Source: an uncultured Gemmatimonadales bacterium | Lineage (GTDB): Bacteria > Gemmatimonadota > Gemmatimonadetes > Longimicrobiales > Longimicrobiaceae | NCBI GenBank assembly: GCA_963716255.1 | Contig: OY970303.1 | Coordinates: 3,072,001 to 3,136,000 of the forward strand | DNA: 64,000 nt | Direction of reading: 5' to 3' | Part shown: piece after piece, positions 52,478 to 62,223 of the stretch | Layout of the letters: every line of letters starts with the position of its first letter | Numbering within the stretch: the stretch's first letter is position 1 | Position numbers and translations under genes: made by a program | The notes under the pieces: generated by a model | Seen by the model: only the letters and a program-made list of their open reading frames with translations | Database searches by the model: none | What the model was told of the DNA's origin: nothing

Positions 52478-53587
52478 TCAGCTCAGCAGCCGCAGCGGCA
52501 TCACCAGGCACATGTAGTCCGGCGTGTCCTCGTTCCCCACCGGCTGCATCGTCGCCGCCCGCTCCGGCGCCTTGAAGGTCATCTTCACCTCGTCCGTCGG
52601 CATGTAGCGCATCAGCTCCAGCAGGTACTGCGCGTTGAAGCCGATCTCCAGCGGGTCCCCGTCGTACTCCACCGGCAGCTCCTCAGACGCCTCCCCAAGG
52701 TCCGGCGTCTGCACCGAGAACTTCATCATGGGCCCGCCCAGCGACATGCGGATCCGGTGCGTCTGGTCGCTCGCCACGATGGCCATGCGGCGCACGGCGG
52801 AGTTCAGCGCCGCCTTATCCACCACCATGGTCTTGTCGTTGTCCTTGGGGATCACCTGCTCGTAGTTGGGATACGGCCCCTCGATCAGGCGCGTGAACAC
52901 CTGCACCGAGTCCGTGCGGAACCCCAGGTGGTTCTCCGATCGAGCCACCTCCACGGCCTCCTCCGGGCCGAACAGCTTCTGCACCTGTCCCAGGGCCTTG
53001 GGGTGCACGATCAGGTCTCCAGCGGCCGCGTGGGTGTCTCCGTCGATGGGCAGCGTCATCTTCGCCAGGCGGTGGCCGTTGGTCGCCACCATCCGCATCT
53101 CCTGCTCGCCCAGCTGCCAGAGCACCCCGTTCAGGATGGGACGCGTCTCCTCCGTGCTCGCCGCGAAGCTCACGTGCGAGATCAGCCGGGCCAGGTCGCG
53201 CCCGGTCAGGCGCCACGTTTCCTCGAAGGCCACCTTGGGGAACGCCGGGAACTCGTCGCGCGGCAGGCCGTTCAGCCGGAAGCGCGAGCGGCCGCTGGCG
53301 ATGGTGATGGTGTCCCCCTGCGTGGAGATCTCCACCGAGCCGGGGAGCTCACGCGCGATCTCCTGGAGCTTCTTCGCCGGCGCCGTGATCGCCCCGGGCT
53401 CCGCCACCTCCGCCGGAATGCGCACCGCCACCGCGGTGTCCAGGTCCGTCCCGCTCAGCCGGACCGCGTCGCCTTCCGCCTCCAGGAGGATGTTCGCCAG
53501 CACCGGGAGCGTGGTGCGGGTCGGGATGCTCCCGGCCACCGCGCCCAGCCCCTGCTGAAGGTTCTCACGCGTGATCGTGAATTTCAT
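52478..53587 (-). CDS. dnaN: DNA polymerase III beta clamp
   Basis: LPVLANILL, TDL, ETRPILNGV, ATNGHRL, LIEGPYPNY, GFN..YL, LVMPLR. Confidence 0.98.
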   Translation of the reverse strand: MKFTITRENLQQGLGAVAGSIPTRTTLPVLANILLEAEGDAVRLSGTDLDTAVAVRIPAEVAEPGAITAPAKKLQEIARELPGSVEISTQGDTITIASGRSRFRLNGLPRDEFPAFPKVAFEETWRLTGRDLARLISHVSFAASTEETRPILNGVLWQLGEQEMRMVATNGHRLAKMTLPIDGDTHAAAGDLIVHPKALGQVQKLFGPEEAVEVARSENHLGFRTDSVQVFTRLIEGPYPNYEQVIPKDNDKTMVVDKAALNSAVRRMAIVASDQTHRIRMSLGGPMMKFSVQTPDLGEASEELPVEYDGDPLEIGFNAQYLLELMRYMPTDEVKMTFKAPERAATMQPVGNEDTPDYMCLVMPLRLLS

Positions 53588-53939
53588 CGATGTCCCCAGA
53601 CTCTGGAGTTTGACGGTTGTCCACCGGGAAGCCGTACTTCCAACGTGAAGATATTTAAACCAGTATCAGTAGTAGAGGGCGTGGACGCGTGGAAAGACAT
53701 CCTCCGGCCCCCCGCAACCCATTGCCGCGAAACCACCTGCGGCCCCTCCGCCCCCTGTGGACGGAGCTGTGGACAACCTGCGTTCTCCCCACGGTGTCCA
53801 CGTTCCACCCCCCTTCCCCCGGATCTCCACACGCTGTCCACACCCGTTCCACGAGCGTTTCCACACGCCCGCAACCGGTCGGTCACCGCCGTGCAACGGT
53901 CCCCGCCGGCGCGCTTCGAGACCGCTCCTCGAAGCCGCA
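53588..53939. other. Chromosomal replication origin (oriC) between dnaA and dnaN
   Basis: AT-rich AAGATATTTAAA; NAN trios CAG-TAT-CAG-TAG-TAG; GC spacer; tandem boxes GTGGACGC/GTGGAAAG; further boxes TGTGGACAA (~53769), CTGTCCACA (~53834), TTTCCACA (~53858). Gene orientation switches around this point. Confidence 0.85.
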
Positions 53940-55340
53940 TCAGCGCAGCGCCGCGCGCAGGCCGTCCACGCGCTCGCGGAACACCGGGTCCGTCGACATG
54001 TCCTCCTCCACCTTGGCGATGGAGTGGATCACCGTGGAGTGGTCGCGCCCCCCGAACAGCTTGCCGATCTCCACCAGCTGCAGGTCGAAGAGGTCCTTGA
54101 TCAGGTACATCGCCACCTGGCGGGGCACCGTCAGGTCCTTGGTGCGCTTCTTGGACTGCAGCGCATCCGTGGTCACCCCCCACGCCGCCGCCACCCGCTG
54201 GCGCACCACGTCCGGGGTGATCCCGCCGCCCTCGCTGCGGCCGTCGTGGCCGCCGCCGCCCAGCACCTCGCGCGCGAACTCCACGCTGATCTCGCGGCGG
54301 TACAGCGAGGAGTGCGCGAACAGCTTGGTCACCGCGCCCTCCAGCTCCCGCACCGACGAGGTGCGCGTCTGAGCGATGTAGGTCAGCACCTCGTCCGCGT
54401 CCGCCATCTGCAGGCCCTCCTCCTCCATCTTCTTGCGGAGGATCGCCATGCGCGTCTCGAAGTCGGGCGGCTTGATGTCCGCCACCAGCCCCCACTCGAA
54501 GCGCGAGATCAGGCGGTCCTCCAGCCCGATCTCCTTGGGCGGCCGGTCCGAGGTGAGGACGATCTGCTTCTGCGCGTCGTGCAGCGCGTTGAAGGTGTGG
54601 AAGAACTCCTCCTGCGTGCGCTCCTTGCCCTCCAGGAACTGGATGTCGTCCACCAGCAACAGGTCCATCTGCCGGTACTGGCGGCGGAACTCCGCCATGG
54701 ATCCCTCCTGGATGGCGCTCACCAGCTCGTTGGTGAAGCGCTCCGACGACAGGTACATCACCCGCTTCCCCGGGTCGCGCGCCAGCATGGCGTGGCCGAT
54801 GGCGTGCATCAGGTGCGTCTTTCCCAGCCCCACCCCACCATAGATGAAGAGCGGGTTGTACATGCGCGCCGGCGCCTCGGCCACCGCGTGCGCGGCCGCC
54901 GAGGCGAGCTGGTTGTTGTTGCCGACGACGAAGCGGTCGAAGGTGTAGCGCTCGTTCAGCGGCGACAGCCCGGGCGCGGGGCGCGGCTCCGGGGCCGAAG
55001 CCGCGTAGTCCACCGGGTACGCGCGCGCGGGAGCGGACGCCGGCGCCTGGGCCGGCGCCGCGCTGGGGGGAAGCACCTGCGCGCGCCCGTTCCCCTGCAC
55101 CTGCACCGACAGCGTGAAGCGCCGGTCGAAGAGCTGCTCGCCGATGGCCGAGAGCAGTTCCCCGTACTTGTCCTCCACCCAGTCCGCGGCGAAGCGGTTG
55201 GGCGCGGAGACCACCAGGAGGTCCTGCGAGATCGCGACGGCCTCGGTGCGGGCCAGCCAGGTACGGAACGCCTGCTCCGGGAGCGCCGTGCGGGCACTGT
55301 CCAGGATTCGCGACCAGACCTCGTCGGCGGTAAGCTCCAT
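53940..55340 (-). CDS. dnaA: Chromosomal replication initiator DnaA
   Basis: YTFDRFVVG, YNPLFIYGGVGLGKTHL, DDIQF, QEEFFHTFN, RELEG, GGRDHSTV. Confidence 0.99.
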   Translation of the reverse strand: MELTADEVWSRILDSARTALPEQAFRTWLARTEAVAISQDLLVVSAPNRFAADWVEDKYGELLSAIGEQLFDRRFTLSVQVQGNGRAQVLPPSAAPAQAPASAPARAYPVDYAASAPEPRPAPGLSPLNERYTFDRFVVGNNNQLASAAAHAVAEAPARMYNPLFIYGGVGLGKTHLMHAIGHAMLARDPGKRVMYLSSERFTNELVSAIQEGSMAEFRRQYRQMDLLLVDDIQFLEGKERTQEEFFHTFNALHDAQKQIVLTSDRPPKEIGLEDRLISRFEWGLVADIKPPDFETRMAILRKKMEEEGLQMADADEVLTYIAQTRTSSVRELEGAVTKLFAHSSLYRREISVEFAREVLGGGGHDGRSEGGGITPDVVRQRVAAAWGVTTDALQSKKRTKDLTVPRQVAMYLIKDLFDLQLVEIGKLFGGRDHSTVIHSIAKVEEDMSTDPVFRERVDGLRAALR

Positions 55341-55386
55341 CGTGCTTGTCGGGGGGCACAGCGTTCGGGAACGGGCAACGGGGCGC

Positions 55387-55415
55387 AACCTAGAAACCCC
55401 ATGTGGAAAAGTCAA
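55387..55415 (-). promoter_or_regulatory. dnaA promoter with embedded DnaA box
   Basis: Minus strand TTGACT-N17-TAGGTT; TTTTCCACA overlaps the -35/spacer. A second box-like ATTTCCACA lies at ~55482-55490. Confidence 0.75.
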
Positions 55416-55513
55416 GGAAGGGGCGCCGTTGCTGGAACTTCGCCGCTTTCGGCCGGCGTTCGGTAAGGCTCTCCGGGCCGGATTTCCACACGTTTTTTGG
55501 GCGAGGTTAGGCA

Positions 55514-55649
55514 GGGTTCGGGCGTGCCCCCCGCGGGGCGCGGGGGTCGGGCTTCGGCTCCGTAGCAGACGAAACGACCATCTGCAACGGAGTCGAGCCC
55601 CGCGAAACGGCCCGCGGGTCTCGCCCCTCCGGGCCGGAATCCCTCACGC
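55514..55649 (+). ncRNA. Structured multi-hairpin repeat, copy 3
   Basis: Most diverged copy; stems retained by compensatory changes. Confidence 0.7.
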
Positions 55650-55735
55650 AACCGGGGGTGCGCTCCACCCTCCAGCCGGAGTCGGTCGGCAGCTGCAGGC
55701 TGTCCCCTGTAACCTGCTACCCTGTTCCCTCGCAG

Positions 55736-55764
55736 TTGACGTACCCCTCCGCCTGGGCTAGATT
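55736..55764 (+). promoter_or_regulatory. rpmH operon promoter
   Basis: TTGACG-N17-TAGATT. Confidence 0.75.
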
Positions 55765-55810
55765 AACGGTCTTTGCCGCACCACAACGGAAATTCGCGCA
55801 GGATACCGCT

Positions 55811-55960
55811 ATGAAGCCTTCATACCGTCCGCGTAACCGCAAGCGGATCAACAAGCACGGGTTTCGGGCCCGGATGGCCACCAAGGGTGGCCGCGAGGTC
55901 CTCAACTCGCGCCGCAGGAAGGGGCGCCACAAGCTGGTCGTCACGGTGCCCAAGAAGTAG
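55811..55960 (+). CDS. rpmH: 50S ribosomal protein L34
   Basis: [42 protein letters not shown]. Confidence 0.97.
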   Translation: MKPSYRPRNRKRINKHGFRARMATKGGREVLNSRRRKGRHKLVVTVPKK

Positions 55961-55982
55961 TCCGCGTCCGCCCTCCGCGCAC

Positions 55983-56402
55983 ATGGCGGAAGGTGGAGAC
56001 CCGGGCGCCGCGGCGCCCGCGGAAAGCGGTGGGGAGCCCGGCGGGTTCGGGCTGCCCCGCGCGGCGAGGATCACCGGGTCCGAGGAGATCCGGGGGCTGT
56101 TCAGACGGGGGAAGAGGAGACGGACGCGTCACCTGGATGCGTTCTTCACCGCTTCCCCCGCCGCGCATCCCCGCCTGGGCGTGGTGGTCCCCAAGCACAA
56201 GCGGCGCATCGTGGAGCGCAACCGGCTCAAGCGCCGGCTGCGCGAGATCGGGCGCGCCCTGGTCCTCCCCGCGCTGCGCGGCGCCCCGGTCCCGCTGGAC
56301 CTGATGCTGCGCGCCCGGCCCGAGGCGTACGGCGCGTCCTTCGCGGAGCTGCGCGACGAGCTCCGCGCCCTGGCGGAGGAGCTGTGCTCGCGCGCGCCCT
56401 GA
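55983..56402 (+). CDS. rnpA: Ribonuclease P protein component
   Basis: RLGVVVPK...[12 protein letters not shown] (RNR motif); synteny. Confidence 0.92.
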   Translation: MAEGGDPGAAAPAESGGEPGGFGLPRAARITGSEEIRGLFRRGKRRRTRHLDAFFTASPAAHPRLGVVVPKHKRRIVERNRLKRRLREIGRALVLPALRGAPVPLDLMLRARPEAYGASFAELRDELRALAEELCSRAP

Positions 56403-56596
56403 TCTCGGCCATCCGCTTCTACCAGAAGGGGATCTCGCCGCTCACCCCGGCCTCGTGCCGCTTCCACCCCAGCTGCTCGCAGTACGGGCTGGAGGCGGTG
56501 CAGCGCTACGGCGCGGCGCGGGGGAGCTGGCTCACGGTGCGGCGCCTGGCCCGCTGCCACCCTTTCTGCAAGGGCGGGTACGACCCGGTGCCCTGA
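56384..56596 (+). CDS. yidD: Membrane protein insertion efficiency factor
   Basis: YQKGISP...[10 protein letters not shown]...RCHPF..GGYDPVP. Confidence 0.96.
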   Translation: MLARALISAIRFYQKGISPLTPASCRFHPSCSQYGLEAVQRYGAARGSWLTVRRLARCHPFCKGGYDPVP

Positions 56597-56787
56597 ACGG
56601 ACGGAACAGAGAAGGGAACAGCCTGCCGGCGTCGCGCCGTTCGTCGGCTGTTCCCTTTTCCCTTGGGTGGTGCTACCGCGGAGCGGGGTGGATCCCCCCT
56701 CCCGCCCCGAAACCGAAACCGAGGACCCGGCGGCGCCGTACTCCCGGAGACCGAGCCGCACGGGCCTTCCCCGCATAGACCGAGTCG

Positions 56788-58530
56788 ATGGAAAAGCGAG
56801 TCCTGATCATGGTGCTCCTGATGACCGCCGTCATCATGGCCACCAACCTCCTGGCCCCCAAGCGGCAGGAGCCTCCCGCCGCGCGGGCGGACAGCGCCGT
56901 CGCCGCGGCCCCGGCCGCGGCGTCCCTTCCGGACGCGCCCGTGCTCCCGGCCGGCGTGACGCAGGTGCCGGCGCAGCAGGTCGTCGTCAGCTCCCCGCTG
57001 TACCGGTACACCTTCTCCACCCGCGGTGCGTCGCTGGTGGGTGCCCGCATGCTCCGCTTCGCCTCCGCGCAGCAGCAGGGGCAGCCGGTGGACCTGGTGC
57101 CCGAGGGCACCACGGGGATGCTGGCGCACCGCCTGGTGGTGGGCCGGGACACCGTGGACCTGCGCGGCCTCCCCTTCCAGGCCAGCGCCGCCCGGCTGGA
57201 TCTCGCCGAGGGCGGCCGGCCGCAGCAGCTGCGCTTCACCTACGGCGGGCAGGGCGGCCTGGGGGTGGAGGTGGTCTACACCTTCCGCCCCGGCGACTAC
57301 CTGGTGGACGTGTCGGGCCGCGTCACCGGCGCCCCCGCGGGAGCGCGTCTCCTCACCGGGCTGGGGACCGGGCTCGCCACCCACGAGGCCGCGCCCGACC
57401 GCTTCGTCAACGACCTGGCCGTGGTCGCGCTCGCCGAGGACGGCGTGGACGTCCTCCCCTTCCGCAAGGTCGAGGGTAGCCAGTCGCTGCAGGGGCCGCT
57501 CACCTGGGCCGGGGTCAAGGACAAGTACTTTCTCGCCGCCCTGATCGCCGGCGAGCGCCCCGCCTTCGCGGAGCTGACGCTGCGCCAGCTCCCCCAGCGG
57601 CGCATTGTCGTCGGGCGGGGGGAGGACACCTCCACGGTGCTCCTGCCGCGCGCCGAGGCCCAGGTTGCCCAGACGCTCGGGGAGGGCGGCACGTTCGGCT
57701 ACGGCGCGTACCTGGGGCCGCAGGAGCACAACCGCCTGGCGGCCGTGGGGTACGACCTGGACGAGGTGAACCCCTACGGGTACCGCTGGCTGCGCCCCGT
57801 GGTGCGCCCCATCGCCGCGGCCGCGCTCTGGGCCATGCGCGAGCTGCACGACACGCTGGGCGTTTCCTACGGCTGGGTGCTCATCATCATCGGAGTGCTG
57901 GTCAAGCTCCTGCTGTGGCCGCTGAACGCAAAGGCCATGCGGGCGCAGATGAAGAACATGGCGGTGCAGCCGCTGGTGCAGGAGATCCAGACCAAGTACA
58001 AGAACGACCCGCAGAAGCAGCAGGAGGAGATGATCCGGCTGTACAAGGAGCACGGGTTCAACCCGGTGGCGGGGTGCCTGCCGCTGCTGATCCCCATGCC
58101 CATCTTCATCACCCTGTACTTCGTCTTCCAGAGCGCCATCGAGTTCCGCGGGGTGCCGTTCGCGTGGCTCCCGGACCTGTCGCAGGCGGACCCGTACCAC
58201 ATCGTGCCCATCCTGTTCATCGGGTCCACCTTCATCCTCCAGTGGATCAGCACCAAGCTGAGCGGGATGGAGACGAACCCGCAGATGAAGATGATGATGT
58301 ACGTGATGCCGGTGATGATGGGCGTGTTCTTCTTCAAGCTGGCCTCGGGGCTCAACCTGTACTACACGGCCAGCAACCTGGCCGGGCTCCCGCAGCAGGT
58401 GCTGATCGCCCGCGAGCGCAAACGCGCCACCGAGGAGATGAAGGCCAAGAAGGCCGAGGAGGAAGCCGCCGCGCGCAGGGCGGCCGGGCCCACGCCTCCG
58501 GCCACGCGGCAGCAGAAGCGGCGCAAGTAG
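56788..58530 (+). CDS. yidC: Membrane protein insertase YidC
   Basis: YLGP, GW.LII..VLVKLLLWPL, GCLPLLI.MPIF, W..DLS..DP, GLNLYY. Confidence 0.97.
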   Translation: MEKRVLIMVLLMTAVIMATNLLAPKRQEPPAARADSAVAAAPAAASLPDAPVLPAGVTQVPAQQVVVSSPLYRYTFSTRGASLVGARMLRFASAQQQGQPVDLVPEGTTGMLAHRLVVGRDTVDLRGLPFQASAARLDLAEGGRPQQLRFTYGGQGGLGVEVVYTFRPGDYLVDVSGRVTGAPAGARLLTGLGTGLATHEAAPDRFVNDLAVVALAEDGVDVLPFRKVEGSQSLQGPLTWAGVKDKYFLAALIAGERPAFAELTLRQLPQRRIVVGRGEDTSTVLLPRAEAQVAQTLGEGGTFGYGAYLGPQEHNRLAAVGYDLDEVNPYGYRWLRPVVRPIAAAALWAMRELHDTLGVSYGWVLIIIGVLVKLLLWPLNAKAMRAQMKNMAVQPLVQEIQTKYKNDPQKQQEEMIRLYKEHGFNPVAGCLPLLIPMPIFITLYFVFQSAIEFRGVPFAWLPDLSQADPYHIVPILFIGSTFILQWISTKLSGMETNPQMKMMMYVMPVMMGVFFFKLASGLNLYYTASNLAGLPQQVLIARERKRATEEMKAKKAEEEAAARRAAGPTPPATRQQKRRK

Positions 58531-58552
58531 CCGCCCGCCGTCGCCGCACCAC

Positions 58553-58591
58553 GCGCGAAAGCCCGCCCCCCTCCGGGGGCGGGCTTTCGCG
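58553..58591. terminator. Hairpin terminator between convergent yidC and the oxidase gene
   Basis: GCGCGAAAGCCCGCCCCC-TCC-GGGGGCGGGCTTTCGCGT. Confidence 0.8.
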
Positions 58592-58614
58592 TATCCGGGT
58601 GCGGCGAGCCGCCG

Positions 58615-60546
58615 TCAGTGGTGGTGTGCGGTGGCCTCCTTGCGCACCTGGATGCGGCGCGTCGGCGCGGCCGTGGCCGAATCCACCGCCAGGAGCTGCA
58701 TCATCCCGCGCTCCTCGTGCCCCAGGATGTGGCAGTGCATCACGTACTGTCCGGTGAAGTCGGCGTAGCGCTGCCGGATGATCACGTAGCCGGGATTTCC
58801 CGTCGGGTCGTTGGCGTCGGGGAGCGGCAGCGCGACCACGTCCAGCCACACCGGCGCCCGGTTGGTGGCGGCCGCGGCGTTGAGCTCCGCGTAGAGGGCG
58901 GCGTTGGGGTCCGCGGCGCCCTGCGGGTACACCACCTGGATCACCTGGAAGGGGTTGATGTGGATGTGGAAGGGATGGTTGGTCGCCAGGCTCTGGTTCA
59001 CCACCTTCCACGTCTGCACCGAGTCCAGCTGCATGGGGAGCGGCGCTCCGCCCGCGTTCTCGGGCACGTACACGCTCTCGCTGAACTTCTGGTTCGGCTC
59101 TTGGACGGTGCCGATGAAGAAGCGCGTCGGGTCCGTCTGCGACTGGTTGCCGAAGGCAGAATCCGCGAACACGATCACCGGCATCCCGGCCGTGTCGATG
59201 GAGTCCGGGTTCATGGGGCCCGGCAGGTTGTCCAGGAAGGCCGGGAGCGGCGGGAGCGCGTCCGGGAGCGTGGAGGCAGCCGGCCCGTCGACGATCTGCA
59301 CGTAGAAGAGCGGCTGCGGGGCCGAGGTGGCGGACAGGCGCCCGCGTCCACCGCCACCCCCTCCACTCCCTCCGCCGCTTCCCGCCTTGCGGGTACCGTC
59401 GAGGGGGGTAAGGTGCGCCACGGGGACGGCGTGTACCTGGAAGATCCCCTTGTTGGCAGGCGCCTGCACGAACACGTCCAGGCGGTTCCCGGGGGCCATG
59501 AGGACGCTGGTGTCCGCGGCCGGGCGCCCGCCCGGGGCGCTGTAGTTGGCCGGCGCGTACTGCACGCCGTCGCGGGCGATGTCGTACAGCGTGGGCTCCG
59601 CGCCCGTCGAGTCCGCGAAGGAGATGCGGAAGTTGTTGGACTTGGTGATGTTCTCGTTGACGATGCGCCACCGCTGCACCTCGCCCTGGCGCATCACGAT
59701 GGTCGGGGTGAGCTGGCCGTTCACCAGCGTCGGGGGGACGCTCGTCGGCGACGTCGCGGGCCTGAGCAGGTTGACGGTGGTGTCCACTTGCTGCAGCGCC
59801 ACCATGTGCTCCCGGATCCCGTGCCGCCGGGTGAGTGCGTCCAGCCCTCCGCCCTCCACCAGGAAGGCCCCGGACATGCCGTTGGTCACCTGAAGGGCCA
59901 CCGAGCCGTGCTTGTGCGGGTGGTACCAGTGCGTCCCCGGCGACTGGTTCAGGGGGATGCGGAACGCGTACTGGAAGGTGTCTCCCGGCGCGATCTGGAG
60001 GAGGACGTCGTCGCCCAGGCTGTCCGGCGTGACGTGGAAGCCGTGGTAGTGGATGTTGGTCCACTCCGAGCCGTGGAAGCAGTCCAGGTAGGTGTCCACC
60101 GAGTCCGCGGCGGCGGGGTAGTCCACGCACGCGTCGTTCGTGCCCACCGGAGGCTTCACCAGGCCGTTGACCAGCTTCAGGTGCACCGAGTCGCCCGGGC
60201 TCACCCGGAAGGTGGGGCCGGGAAAGCCCACGACCCCGGAGTCGGCGTACGACACGCCGTTGGCCGCCAGGAGCTGGTAGGTGCGCAGCGGCAGGGGCTG
60301 GGCGTGGCCGGGCACCGGCAGCGTCGCCCAGACCGCCGCCAGCGTGACGTCCAGCACGCCTCCCGGGCCGGTCCGCACCGTGAACGGCTCGGTCAGCGTG
60401 TCGACGGCGAGCGGCTGCGGAGCCGGCGTGGTGGGCAGCTCGATCCCCGGCAGGGTGGGCGCGCAGCCCCACGCGAGCAGGGCGAGTGCGGCGATGGGGG
60501 CGAGCCGCGGCGTTCGCCGGGCTCCGGGCGTGGCGTGAATGTCCAT
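58615..60546 (-). CDS. Multicopper oxidase (laccase-like), probable lipoprotein
   Basis: NIHYHG, WYHPHKHG, HPFHIH, HCHILGHEERGMM; LAWGC lipobox; GGAGG RBS. Confidence 0.94.
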   Translation of the reverse strand: MDIHATPGARRTPRLAPIAALALLAWGCAPTLPGIELPTTPAPQPLAVDTLTEPFTVRTGPGGVLDVTLAAVWATLPVPGHAQPLPLRTYQLLAANGVSYADSGVVGFPGPTFRVSPGDSVHLKLVNGLVKPPVGTNDACVDYPAAADSVDTYLDCFHGSEWTNIHYHGFHVTPDSLGDDVLLQIAPGDTFQYAFRIPLNQSPGTHWYHPHKHGSVALQVTNGMSGAFLVEGGGLDALTRRHGIREHMVALQQVDTTVNLLRPATSPTSVPPTLVNGQLTPTIVMRQGEVQRWRIVNENITKSNNFRISFADSTGAEPTLYDIARDGVQYAPANYSAPGGRPAADTSVLMAPGNRLDVFVQAPANKGIFQVHAVPVAHLTPLDGTRKAGSGGGSGGGGGGRGRLSATSAPQPLFYVQIVDGPAASTLPDALPPLPAFLDNLPGPMNPDSIDTAGMPVIVFADSAFGNQSQTDPTRFFIGTVQEPNQKFSESVYVPENAGGAPLPMQLDSVQTWKVVNQSLATNHPFHIHINPFQVIQVVYPQGAADPNAALYAELNAAAATNRAPVWLDVVALPLPDANDPTGNPGYVIIRQRYADFTGQYVMHCHILGHEERGMMQLLAVDSATAAPTRRIQVRKEATAHHH

Positions 60547-60743
60547 TCGTGGCCCTCCAGGGGCGCAGGGGATGGATGGGGGTGGCGGGCCGGGCGGCAC
60601 CCGCCGGGAGGAGGACTTCGGCTGCGGTTGGAAAGTGAAGTGTGACAGGATATCTGCGGCCACGCGCGGCCGCAATCCTGCCGGGGCACAGCCCGCATCG
60701 TCCCGGGGTTGCTCGGGGGCCGGTGCTCCCCCATTCTCCGCCC

Positions 60744-62126
60744 ATGCATCCTTCCCTCTTCGCCGACACCATCGCCGCCGTGGCGACCCCGCCGGGCCGC
60801 GGGGCCGTGGCGCTGGTCCGCGTCTGCGGGCCGGACGCGCTGGGCGTCCTCCTCCGGCTGGCGCCCGGCCTGCGAGGCGCCCCGCCCGCGCGTATGCAGC
60901 GGCTGGCACGGCTGGCGCACCCGGAGACCGGCGAGATGCTGGACCGCGCGCTGGTGGCGTACTTCCCCGCCCCCGGCAGCTACACCGGCGAGGACACGGT
61001 GGAGCTCGCCACCCACGGCGGCGTGCTCACCCCGCAGCTGGTGCTGGACGCCGCGCTCGCCGCCGGCGCCCGCGCCGCCGAGCCGGGCGAGTTCACCCGC
61101 CGCGCCTACCTCAACGGCAGGCTGGACCTGCTCCAGGCAGAGGCCGTCGCGGACCTCATCGACGGCCGCTCGCGCGCGCTCCACCGCGCGGCCGTCCACC
61201 AGATGGAGCGCGGCCTTTCCCGCCAGGTGGAGGCGCTGCGCGAAGCGCTGGTGGGCGCGCAGGCGCTGCTCGTGTACGGCATCGACTTCCCGGAGGAGGA
61301 CGAGCCGCCCGTTCCGCCGGAGCGCATCCGCGCCGCCGCCGAGGACGTGCTCCGGCGCGTGGACGGGCTGCTCGCCACCGCTCCCGAGGGGGAGCTGCTG
61401 CGCGAGGGCGCGCTCACCGTGCTCGCCGGCCGCCCCAACTCCGGCAAGTCGTCGCTGTTCAACGCCCTGCTCGGGGTCGAGCGGGCCATCGTCACCGAGA
61501 TCCCCGGCACCACCCGCGACGCCCTGGAGGCGGTGGTGTCGCTGGACGGCTACCCCTTCCGCCTGGTGGACACCGCCGGGCTGCGCGAGACCCCCGACCG
61601 GGTGGAGGAGATCGGCATCGAGGTGGCGCGCCGCTACCTGGCCGCCGCCCGCCTGGTGCTCTTCTGTGTGGAGGCGGGGCGGCCGCTGGAGCCGGAGGAA
61701 GAGGTGTTCCTGCGCCAGCCGGCCCCCGCATCCGTGGTGCTGGTGCGCACCAAGGCCGACCGCGCCCCCGACCTCGCCGACCCGCAGAGCGCAGCGGCGG
61801 AAGGGCTTCCCACGGTGCGCGTCGCCGCCCCGCGCGGCGAGGGCCTGGGCGAGCTCCGCCGGCTCCTCCTCCGCGCGGCTTTCGGCGGGATCCTGGGCGA
61901 GCCGGGAGAGGCGCCGCTCGTCACCCGTGAGCGGCAGGCGCGGGCGCTGCGCCGCGCGCGGGGGGAGATACGGCTCTTCCTGGAGGCATGGGAGCAGGGG
62001 ATCCCCCCGGAGTTCGCGGCCACGCACCTCCAGGCGGCGGCGGGGGCGCTGGAGGAGCTGCTGGGGGTGATCGGGACGGAGGACGTCCTGGACCGCGTGT
62101 TCTCCACCTTCTGCGTGGGGAAGTAG
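60744..62126 (+). CDS. mnmE: tRNA modification GTPase MnmE
   Basis: DTIAAVATP, SYTGED, GEFTRRA, GRPNSGKSSL, GTTRD, DTAG, FCVGK. Confidence 0.98.
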   Translation: MHPSLFADTIAAVATPPGRGAVALVRVCGPDALGVLLRLAPGLRGAPPARMQRLARLAHPETGEMLDRALVAYFPAPGSYTGEDTVELATHGGVLTPQLVLDAALAAGARAAEPGEFTRRAYLNGRLDLLQAEAVADLIDGRSRALHRAAVHQMERGLSRQVEALREALVGAQALLVYGIDFPEEDEPPVPPERIRAAAEDVLRRVDGLLATAPEGELLREGALTVLAGRPNSGKSSLFNALLGVERAIVTEIPGTTRDALEAVVSLDGYPFRLVDTAGLRETPDRVEEIGIEVARRYLAAARLVLFCVEAGRPLEPEEEVFLRQPAPASVVLVRTKADRAPDLADPQSAAAEGLPTVRVAAPRGEGLGELRRLLLRAAFGGILGEPGEAPLVTRERQARALRRARGEIRLFLEAWEQGIPPEFAATHLQAAAGALEELLGVIGTEDVLDRVFSTFCVGK

Positions 62127-62223
62127 CGCGCCGCGGAGCGATGCTTGCGAAAGGGGCGCGGTTGATCGGACGGCCCCGGCGGGCGCCGCCGCGCCCATTC
62201 ACGCGAGCCCCGGACGCACCCGC

